Positions 25,181 to 32,000 of a stretch of DNA of 32,000 nucleotides are shown here, one piece after another. Position 1 is the stretch's first letter. Every line of letters starts with the position of its first letter. The translations under genes and the position numbers were made by a program. This DNA is from Kiritimatiella glycovorans (GTDB lineage Bacteria; Verrucomicrobiota; Kiritimatiellia; Kiritimatiellales; Kiritimatiellaceae), in NCBI RefSeq assembly GCF_001017655.1, contig NZ_CP010904.1, forward strand, positions 2,040,001 through 2,072,000. The letters run 5' to 3'. The notes under the pieces were generated by a model. That model searched no databases. It saw only the letters and a program-made list of their open reading frames with translations, and was not told the DNA's origin.

Positions 25181-26743
25181 ATGATGCGCTGGTGGGTGGC
25201 GTGGGCGGTGTTATGGATGACGGCGTGGGGGATCGCAGAACCCGCGAGTGAACCGATCCGTCCCGGCAGCCCGGGCGAACAATTTTTCTGGAACGAGTAC
25301 TCGTCACGGTTCATCTATCCCCCCGCCTTTTACATCAAGGCAGACCCTTCACCCGTTCACCAACGATACCGTTATACGCTTCGTGCGGCGGGAATGGATG
25401 AAAGGTGGACCTTTGAAGCCCGGGTTCCCTACGCCCCTCTGACCCCGCTCTGGGACGAGCTTCCTACGGGACAGACCACCCTCACGGTTGAATCCCTGAC
25501 GGCAACGGGGAGCGTGGTCCGCGTGGTCGGCGAGCGAACCTTCTTTAAGGCCCCGAGCTACAACGGGCCGTATGGCCCCGCAGACACCCCCTACGCCAAG
25601 AGTGCACGGAAGGCCCTGATGTTCCAGTACAACCAGCCGCACTACCGGCACTGGCGCCGGGGCGAGCCCGGCTATTACCACTACGGGTGTTATCCCTCCA
25701 AGACGTTCGGCTCTGCCGTACGCGGCATGGTAACCCTGGCGAAACATACGGAAGACGCACAGGTTCGCAGGGAAGCGCGCGCCGCGGCCGTTTTCGTCGC
25801 CGATCTGCTGCTGGACATGGCCTTTCCCGGCGGGACTCCATTCGCCGGACTGGTTCCCACCTACGACGACGAGCACCGTGTGGCGCAAAATTCGGACTGG
25901 TGGGACGACCGCGCGAAGGGGCGCCTGATGCTGACGGAGCCGGTCGACAGCGCCTCGTCGCTGCTCGATCTGTACGAGTTCACCGGCGACGCACGATATC
26001 GCGAGGCCGTATGGCGCATGATGAGAACCTATCGCCGCACCCAGCTTCCCTCCGGAACATGGCCGTTGCGCGTGCTCCATGCCACCGGAACACCCGATGC
26101 CGCAAACAGGATGATCCCGGCGCGCCTGATTCTCCTGCTCGACCGGCTCATCGAAGATTACGAAGCGGAGGAATTCGTCGAGATGCGCGACCGCGCCGTG
26201 GCATGGATCGAAACCCATCCCATGCGGAATTTTCACTGGGAAGGGCAATTCGAGGACATCCCGCGCTGTGCCCCCTACCTGAATCTCTCTCATTACGCCG
26301 CCGTGGATTACGCACGCTACCTGCTGCGTCATCGCAAAGAACGTCCCGGAAATGTCGAACGTGCCCGGGAGCTGCTGCGCTTCGCCGAAGACCAGTTCAT
26401 CATCTGGGAACCGCCGACCCTGCGCTGGAGCAACGCCATGACCCCCTGCGCCCTCGAACAGTACTGGTGCTACCGTCCGATCAACGCCTCCGCCGCCCAC
26501 ATTATCCACGGGTTCATCGAGGCCTATGAAGCCATCGGCGATGCGCTCTATCTCGAAAAGGCGCGTTCCCTCGCCAACACCCAGGTCGCCGCCGCCGATC
26601 CCGAAACAGGTCAATACCGCACCTTCTGGTACTCCGACGGGACGAACAAGGGCAACAACTGGGACAATTGTGCGATCGATACCGCCCTCGCCCTATTGCG
26701 TCTGTCGGAGGTGGAGGGAGACGAACCCTCTTTGCGTCCGTGA
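25181..26743 (+). CDS. Secreted protein of unknown function (about 520 aa), possibly an alpha/alpha-toroid carbohydrate-active fold
   Basis: ATGATG at 25181 follows an AAGGGAG SD. The signal-peptide-like N-terminus is MMRWWVAWAVLWMTAWGIA-EP. Helix-repeat segments such as ..LLDLYEFTGDARYREAVWRMMRTYRRTQLPSGTWP.. are reminiscent of prenyltransferase/PL10-type toroid repeats. No catalytic motif was recognised. Confidence 0.75.
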   Translation: MMRWWVAWAVLWMTAWGIAEPASEPIRPGSPGEQFFWNEYSSRFIYPPAFYIKADPSPVHQRYRYTLRAAGMDERWTFEARVPYAPLTPLWDELPTGQTTLTVESLTATGSVVRVVGERTFFKAPSYNGPYGPADTPYAKSARKALMFQYNQPHYRHWRRGEPGYYHYGCYPSKTFGSAVRGMVTLAKHTEDAQVRREARAAAVFVADLLLDMAFPGGTPFAGLVPTYDDEHRVAQNSDWWDDRAKGRLMLTEPVDSASSLLDLYEFTGDARYREAVWRMMRTYRRTQLPSGTWPLRVLHATGTPDAANRMIPARLILLLDRLIEDYEAEEFVEMRDRAVAWIETHPMRNFHWEGQFEDIPRCAPYLNLSHYAAVDYARYLLRHRKERPGNVERARELLRFAEDQFIIWEPPTLRWSNAMTPCALEQYWCYRPINASAAHIIHGFIEAYEAIGDALYLEKARSLANTQVAAADPETGQYRTFWYSDGTNKGNNWDNCAIDTALALLRLSEVEGDEPSLRP

Positions 26744-26934
26744 CGGGCTGACGCGTCGCGGCCCGTTCAGCCCGCGGGCACTCCACCGGAGATGCTCCCC
26801 TTTTTTCCGCTCACCTCCGGGCTCTCCTGCGCTTTATTCTTGCCCGCGCGCGAAGTCCCGGTAGTGTTTCCCGCTGTATCCGCGCGGCGTCAGGCCGCGG
26901 CACACAGATCATTTCAACCGACGAGGAGGTCGTT

Positions 26935-28923
26935 TTGAACAGAGAACTTATCGCGAACACGATCCGGGGCCTTTCGATGGACGGCGTGGAGGCGGCCAAA
27001 TCGGGTCATCCCGGAATGCCGATGGGGATGGCGGACGTCGCCACGGTGCTGTGGACGAAGTATTTGCGGCACAATCCCGCCAACCCCGACTGGGCGGACC
27101 GCGACCGTTTTGTGCTTTCCGCCGGTCACGGATCGATGCTGCTCTACTCGCTGCTGCATCTGGCCGGATACGATCTTCCGCTCGACCAGCTCAATCAGTT
27201 CCGCCAGTGGGGCAGCCGGACGCCCGGCCACCCCGAGTACGGCCACACGACCGGCGTCGAAACCACCACCGGCCCGCTCGGCCAGGGATGCTGCAACGCC
27301 GTCGGATTCGCCCTGGCCGAGCAGATGCTCGCGGCGCGGTTCAACACGGACGAGACCTCCGTGGTCGACCACCGCACCTGGGTGATCGCCAGTGACGGCG
27401 ACCTGATGGAGGGCGCCTCGCACGAAGCCTTCGCGCTGGCCGGCCACCTGAAACTCGGCAGGCTGGTCGTACTGTACGACGACAACAACATCAGCATTGA
27501 GGGCGATACGGATCTGTCCTACAGCGATGATGTCCGCAAACGCTTCGAGGGCTATCACTGGAACGTCCTCGAGATCGACGGCCACGATTACGACGAGATC
27601 GACGCCGCGCTGGAGAAGGCCTGCGCCTGCGTGGACGCCCCCACGCTCGTCATCTGCCATACCCGCATCGGAAAGGGCAGTCCGAACATGGAAGGCTCGG
27701 AGGCGACCCATGGCGCCGCGCTCGGCGAAGACGAGGTCGAGGCGACCAAGAAGGCGCTGGGACTGCCGACGGACGAACTCTTCCACGTGCCCGACGAGGT
27801 GCGCACCGCCTTCGCCGAAGTGGCGGAACAGGGCGCCGCGGCGGAGCGGGAATGGAACGAACGCTTCGCGCAGTGGCGTAAGGCCGACGGCGAGCGTGCC
27901 GCGCTCTGGGATCTGCACATGAGCGGCGACGTGCCCGCCGATCTCGCCGCGCACCTCCCCGAATTCAAGGCGGGCGACAAGATCGCCACGCGCAAGGCCT
28001 CCGGGGCGGTGATCCAGAAGATGGCCGCCGCCTACCCTCCCCTCGTCGGCGGCTCCGCCGACCTGGCGCCGAGCAACAAGTCGCTGATCGATGACGGCGG
28101 CGACGTCGCGGCGGGCTGCTTTGGACCCCGCAACCTGCACTTCGGGGTGCGCGAACTGGGCATGACCGCGATCCTCAACGGCCTCGCCCTGCACGGCGGC
28201 TTCCGCCCCTACGGCGCGACCTTCCTGGTGTTCGCCGACTTCATGCGCCCGGCGATCCGGCTGGCGGCGCTGATGAAGCAGCCCGCGGTTTACGTCCTGA
28301 CGCACGACAGTTTTTACGTCGGCGAGGACGGTCCCACGCACGAGCCGATCGAGACCCTGGCCAGCCTGCGGATCATTCCGAACATGACGGTGATCCGTCC
28401 CTCGGACGCCACGGAGACCGGCGCGGCCTGGGTCCAGGCCTTGAAGCATCGCGAAGGGCCGACGGCGCTGCTGCTCACCCGCCAGGGGCTGCCGGTCATC
28501 GACCGCGAGGAGTGCGCGCCGGCCGCGAACCTCGAGCGCGGCGCCTACACGCTGTGGGAGAGCGGCGACGGCACGCCGCAGATCATTCTGATCGGCAGCG
28601 GCTCGGAGGTGGATCTCGCGCTGCAGGCGGGCCGCCGCCTGGCGGACGAGGGCACGGCCGTCCGCGTGGTGAGCATGCCTTCGCGCGAGCTGTTCGAAGC
28701 CCAGGACGAGTCGTACCGGAAGAGCGTCCTGCCGCCCGAAGTCGAGTGCCGCCTGGCGGTCGAGGCCGGCGTGACATACGGCTGGGAGCGGTATACGGGG
28801 GCGAAAGGCCGCGTGATCGGCATCGATCACTTCGGCGCCTCGGCCCCGGCCGCGCGCATCGCACAGGAGTTCGGATTCACCGTGGACCACGTCTACGAGA
28901 CGGCCTGCGAAATGGTGAAATGA
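26935..28923 (+). CDS. tkt: Transketolase
   Basis: ..IRGLSMDGVEAAKSGHPGMPMGMADV.., ThDP motif ..GDGDLMEGASHEA.., and ..THDSFYVGEDGPTHEPIE... It uses a TTG start 5 nt after GAGGAGG. Confidence 0.95.
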   Translation: MNRELIANTIRGLSMDGVEAAKSGHPGMPMGMADVATVLWTKYLRHNPANPDWADRDRFVLSAGHGSMLLYSLLHLAGYDLPLDQLNQFRQWGSRTPGHPEYGHTTGVETTTGPLGQGCCNAVGFALAEQMLAARFNTDETSVVDHRTWVIASDGDLMEGASHEAFALAGHLKLGRLVVLYDDNNISIEGDTDLSYSDDVRKRFEGYHWNVLEIDGHDYDEIDAALEKACACVDAPTLVICHTRIGKGSPNMEGSEATHGAALGEDEVEATKKALGLPTDELFHVPDEVRTAFAEVAEQGAAAEREWNERFAQWRKADGERAALWDLHMSGDVPADLAAHLPEFKAGDKIATRKASGAVIQKMAAAYPPLVGGSADLAPSNKSLIDDGGDVAAGCFGPRNLHFGVRELGMTAILNGLALHGGFRPYGATFLVFADFMRPAIRLAALMKQPAVYVLTHDSFYVGEDGPTHEPIETLASLRIIPNMTVIRPSDATETGAAWVQALKHREGPTALLLTRQGLPVIDREECAPAANLERGAYTLWESGDGTPQIILIGSGSEVDLALQAGRRLADEGTAVRVVSMPSRELFEAQDESYRKSVLPPEVECRLAVEAGVTYGWERYTGAKGRVIGIDHFGASAPAARIAQEFGFTVDHVYETACEMVK

Positions 28924-28944
28924 AGCCCGGCGGGATGAAATGAC

Positions 28945-29655
28945 ATGCCGTCCGCTCCCCATCCGCCCCGCCCCGGCGGTGCGGCCATGTTCAGCCGCAT
29001 CGCCCCGCGGTACGACCTGCTGAACGGGCTGCTCTCGCTCGGCCTCGACAGGGTCTGGCGGCGCAGGGCGGCCGCGGCGCTGCCGGAACGTTGTCCGCGC
29101 GTGCTCGACCTCGCCGCCGGTACGGGGGATCAGGCGATAGCCGATCTGCGGGCGCGTCCGGGAGGACGGGTGGACGCCGTGGATCCCTCGCCGGAGATGC
29201 TCGACCGCGCGCGGCGGAAGGCGGCGGACGCCGGCCTGTCGTCGATATCCTTTCAGGTCGCGGCGGCGGAGGGACTGCCTTTCGACGACGCGGTATTCGA
29301 CGCCGCCACCTGTGCGTTCGGAGTGCGCAATTTTGAGGACCGGCCACGCGCGCTAAGGGAACTCCGGCGGGTCCTCCGCCCGCAGGCGAGACTCGTCGTG
29401 CTCGAACTCACCCGTCCCCGGGCGCCGGTTTTCCGCGGGCTGCACGCCCTGTACTGCCACAGCGCGGTTCCACTGGCGGGGAGGATACTCGCCGGCGATG
29501 CACGGGCCTACCGCTATCTCGACCGGTCCGTGGCGGCGTTTGACGCGCACCGCTTCCGCGGCACCATGGAAGCGGCGGGATTCGGAAACGTACGTGTGAA
29601 TCCGCTGACCTTCGGCGCGGTAACGGTATTCACCGGCGAGCGGGTCACCCCGTGA
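28945..29655 (+). CDS. ubiE: Demethylmenaquinone/ubiquinone C-methyltransferase (UbiE/MenG family)
   Basis: ..FSRIAPRYDLLNGLLSLGLDRVWRR.. and the SAM motif ..VLDLAAGTGD.. are the family signature. The start is ATG 28945 or ATG 28987 (MFSRIAP..). Confidence 0.88.
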   Translation: MPSAPHPPRPGGAAMFSRIAPRYDLLNGLLSLGLDRVWRRRAAAALPERCPRVLDLAAGTGDQAIADLRARPGGRVDAVDPSPEMLDRARRKAADAGLSSISFQVAAAEGLPFDDAVFDAATCAFGVRNFEDRPRALRELRRVLRPQARLVVLELTRPRAPVFRGLHALYCHSAVPLAGRILAGDARAYRYLDRSVAAFDAHRFRGTMEAAGFGNVRVNPLTFGAVTVFTGERVTP

Positions 29656-31102
29656 CGAGGATCTTCTCCACGCGGGCCACGCGCAGGATGCGGAGAGGCT
29701 TTTCGCCGAACCCGTGACACGACCAGGCCACACCGTCGACGTCGGCGCGTTTCTTCAGGCCCGCCAGCATGCCGACGGCCGCTGAATCCAGGAAGTCGAG
29801 GCCGGACGCATCGATCTCGCAGGACTCCAGCGGGCGCCACTGCTCCCACATCGCCTCGCAGCGGCTTCGCAGTCCGGGGACCTCCACGGCGGTGAGTTCC
29901 CGCGGCAGCCGCACGCGCATCCGGCCCGACTCGACCTCGACTCCGGCGCCCGTCTTCCAGGCGGCACGCTTTTCGAGCAGGGAACAGGCGGTGGCGGCAT
30001 CGGCGAGCACCTCCATGTAGTGGTCGAGCCGGCAGGTGGAGAGCACGCGGTGCACTTTCGGACGGGGCCGCACGGCGACAAACTCGCCGCCCGCCTCCCG
30101 GCAGCCTTTGCGCACCTCGATCATCGCCCCCAGCTCCAGGCTCGAGAGCCAGGGGCGTTCGCCGAGATCGATCACGACCGAAGGTCTGGCGGGCGTAATC
30201 TCCTTTACCGTTTCGGCCACCCACGCCGCGGCATTCCTTTCCCGGGCCAGCGAAGGCATCATGCGAAAGACCGCGCCCACGCGGTCCCATGGCAGCTTCG
30301 ATTCCGCGGGCGGCACCTCCGCATCGGGGGTGCGCCGCGCCTTCGCGATCCGGTGCGAGGCGCCGAGGAGAAAGGCGGCATTGCGGGCGTAACGGCCCGC
30401 CAGGCGTTTGGGATCGCTGAGCATGCGCCACAACCACTCCATTCTCAGCTTTTGAAACGCCCGGGGTGCGCGGCGCTGGGTTCCGGCCAGAAAGTCGAAG
30501 GTCCCCCCCACCCCGATCGCGACCGGGACATCCCAATCGCGGAAATGCATATTGATCCACTTCTCCTGTTTGGGCGCGCCGAAGGCGACCAGCAGCAGAT
30601 CGGGGGCAGCCTCGCGCAGACGCCGGCGCAGGTCCTCATGGTTCATCTCGTGCAGCGGGGCGTAGGGCGGGGAGAAGGTGCCGACGACCTTGAGTTTCGG
30701 GTAACGCGCTTTCAGCGCCGCCGCCGCGCGCTCGGGGACCCCTTCTCTGCCGCCCAACAGGTAGACGCGCCATCCTTCGCGCGCGGCACGTTCCGCGAGC
30801 CGGGGCGTGAGGTCGCTGCCGGTCACCCGTTCCTTGAGCCGGGGGCCGAAACGGGAGGACGCGGCCACGATCGGCCACCCGTCGGCGATCACGAGATCGG
30901 ACTCGATGAGAATACGCTGCAGCTCCGGATCGCGCCACGCCTGGCTGAGGAAATCCAGGTTGGGGGTCGTCACGCAGGCGGGCCTTCCCGAGCGGATCCG
31001 CTCCGCCACCCACCCCACGGCCTCCTCGAAATTCACATTATCGAACGGGACGCCGAACAGGACCAGGGGTACGCGGGTCGACACTGCGTCATTCGATTTC
31101 AT
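29645..31102 (-). CDS. WecB/TagA/CpsF-family (GT26) glycosyltransferase fused to two C-terminal STAS (anti-sigma-antagonist-like) domains
   Basis: GT26 pattern: ..LFGVPFDNVNFEEAV..TPN.DFL.......DLVIADG.PIV..S...G..L.ERVTGSDL......YLLGG..GV.......L...YP.L.VVG..SPP......L....PDLLLVAFGAPKQEKW......V.IGVGG.FDF.AG...RAP......EWL.R. Then come two segments of about 100 aa with STAS hallmarks (..VVIDLGERPWLSSLELGAMIEV.. and ..CEIDASGLDFLDSAAVGMLAGL..). The ATG at 31102 is preferred over the TTG at 31138. Confidence 0.82.
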   Translation of the reverse strand: MKSNDAVSTRVPLVLFGVPFDNVNFEEAVGWVAERIRSGRPACVTTPNLDFLSQAWRDPELQRILIESDLVIADGWPIVAASSRFGPRLKERVTGSDLTPRLAERAAREGWRVYLLGGREGVPERAAAALKARYPKLKVVGTFSPPYAPLHEMNHEDLRRRLREAAPDLLLVAFGAPKQEKWINMHFRDWDVPVAIGVGGTFDFLAGTQRRAPRAFQKLRMEWLWRMLSDPKRLAGRYARNAAFLLGASHRIAKARRTPDAEVPPAESKLPWDRVGAVFRMMPSLARERNAAAWVAETVKEITPARPSVVIDLGERPWLSSLELGAMIEVRKGCREAGGEFVAVRPRPKVHRVLSTCRLDHYMEVLADAATACSLLEKRAAWKTGAGVEVESGRMRVRLPRELTAVEVPGLRSRCEAMWEQWRPLESCEIDASGLDFLDSAAVGMLAGLKKRADVDGVAWSCHGFGEKPLRILRVARVEKILVTG

Positions 31103-31243
31103 GGGTTCGAGCCTACACCGCCCCCGAAACCGCGGCAACAGGGAAACGGAGGAACCATAATGCAGGTTTTCATTTTAGCGCGAAAACGTTATCGTCGGCG
31201 CACAGAAGCCTCGTACCGTTGTCCCGCGAAGAAGGGTGCCGCC

Positions 31244-31957
31244 ATGAATACCGTCTGGGCCTCCATCCGAAAAAACATCCTGATCGGGCTCCTGCTCGTC
31301 ACTCCGCTGGCGGTCACTCTGTTCCTGATCCGGTTTTTGTACAACATCGTACACGGCCCGCTGAGCACGCTGCTGCCCGAGGCCATGCGCCATCCCGTCA
31401 TGCAGCCGCTGCTCGTGCTCGCGGCGATAGGGCTGGGCATGCTCTGCCTGTTCCTGCTCGGATTCTTCTTCCGCAATGTCGCGGGCAGGCGATTTTACCG
31501 GTTCGCCGACCGGGCCGTGAGCCGCCTGCCCCTGATCAATAAAATCTATGTGTCCACACGCGACCTCACCGCCGCGCTTTTTACGCAGCGCCAGACGCTC
31601 TTCCGCTCGGCGGTATTGATGGAATACCCGCGCCGCGGCATCTACTCGATGGCCTTCGTCACCGCCAACGTGCCCGCCTCTTTCCGCCGGCGCGCTCAGG
31701 CCGAACTGCCCGGGGATGAACTGGTCACGCTGTTCGTACCCACCACCCCCAACCCCACCTCCGGCGTGCTGATCGTCGCCCCGCGCTCGGAGCTGGTCGA
31801 ACTGGATATCACCGTATCCGAAGCGATGAAGCTGGTGATTTCCGGCGGCGCGGTCTTTCCGGGCGACGAAGCGGAGCAGAAGGGGGCCACCCTGATCGAC
31901 CTGCTGGACACCTGGGCCCATGCCAGGGGCCTCAAAAAGGACGGGGGCACGTCATGA
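31244..31957 (+). CDS. DUF502-family membrane protein
   Basis: From the ATG at 31244: MNTVWASIRKNILIGLLLVTPLAVTLFLIRFLYN.. Two TM helices are followed by ..IPLINKIY.S.RD.. and ..PTTPNPTSG.. blocks typical of DUF502 as I recall them. The upstream part of track ORF 30020-31957 is antisense to the GT26 gene and is rejected. Confidence 0.78.
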   Translation: MNTVWASIRKNILIGLLLVTPLAVTLFLIRFLYNIVHGPLSTLLPEAMRHPVMQPLLVLAAIGLGMLCLFLLGFFFRNVAGRRFYRFADRAVSRLPLINKIYVSTRDLTAALFTQRQTLFRSAVLMEYPRRGIYSMAFVTANVPASFRRRAQAELPGDELVTLFVPTTPNPTSGVLIVAPRSELVELDITVSEAMKLVISGGAVFPGDEAEQKGATLIDLLDTWAHARGLKKDGGTS

Positions 31958-32000
31958 CCGATCTGAACCGTCTCAAGCAGCAGATCTCGTTCTGTGCCCG
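31954..32000 (+). CDS. Start of an unidentified gene (MTDLNRLKQQISFCA..), truncated by the window end
   Basis: The ATG at 31954 overlaps the DUF502 stop (ATGA). With only 15 codons visible, no product call is possible. Confidence 0.3.
   Translation, partial: MTDLNRLKQQISFCA

Noticed and set aside
26744-26774. CGGGCTGA...TCAGCCCG 8-bp inverted repeat just after the secreted-protein stop, considered as a terminator.
   Set aside because: There is no U-tract after the stem and the loop is long (15 nt). The evidence is not enough to call an intrinsic terminator.
31100-31120. GGGTTCGAGCC, which resembles a tRNA T-loop.
   Set aside because: The flanking bases do not form a T-stem, and there is no acceptor or anticodon arm. 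The sequence overlaps the start of the GT26-STAS gene.
30020-31243. Upstream 400 or so codons of the track ORF 30020-31957 (645 aa).
   Set aside because: This part is antisense to the GT26-STAS gene and compositionally biased. The DUF502 homology begins at the ATG at 31244, with the expected N-terminal TM helix.

Overview
This is a high-GC bacterial chromosomal segment made up mostly of housekeeping operons; the taxon cannot be determined from the window alone. Reading left to right: (1) a reverse-strand dcw cell-wall/division cluster, mraZ-rsmH-ftsL-ftsI-murE-murF(partial), with 4-nt start/stop overlaps, followed by rlmN. (2) A visibly AT-richer islet holding a minimal nucleotidyltransferase-fold gene and an overlapping 62-codon ORF. 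(3) guaB, nadE, a stand-alone EF-G paralogue, a putative lipoprotein, a vertebrate/fungal-type N-acetylglutamate synthase, and leuB-ktrB-ktrA. (4) A reverse-strand riboflavin operon led by a clear FMN riboswitch plus intrinsic terminator. Its gene order is ribBA, a single-ORF ribH::nusB fusion, ftsY, ribD, ribE. (5) A vapBC toxin-antitoxin pair with a palindromic operator, and an orphan secreted 520-aa protein. (6) tkt, menG/ubiE, a GT26 (WecB/TagA/CpsF) glycosyltransferase fused to two STAS domains, a DUF502 membrane protein, and the first 15 codons of another gene. I found no rRNA, tRNA, CRISPR array, transposase or integrase, and no convincing multi-gene defence island. The most unusual content falls into four groups. 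(a) A dispersed family of intergenic elements built from hexamer-periodic arrays and a shared CCATGAAGGRCATGAAGGGGTGAACATAA / GAACATAATTCGTACTCGTACG core. (b) A second repeat family (GCCRCAAA.AGGCAC...) that is translated as the C-terminal tail of ribD in one copy. (c) Two unusual domain fusions, RibH-NusB and GT26-STAS-STAS. (d) The nucleotidyltransferase/small-ORF cassette. All functional calls rest on motifs I recognised by eye; no database search or RNA folding was run. Many long ORFs in the track are antisense artefacts of high GC and were rejected.
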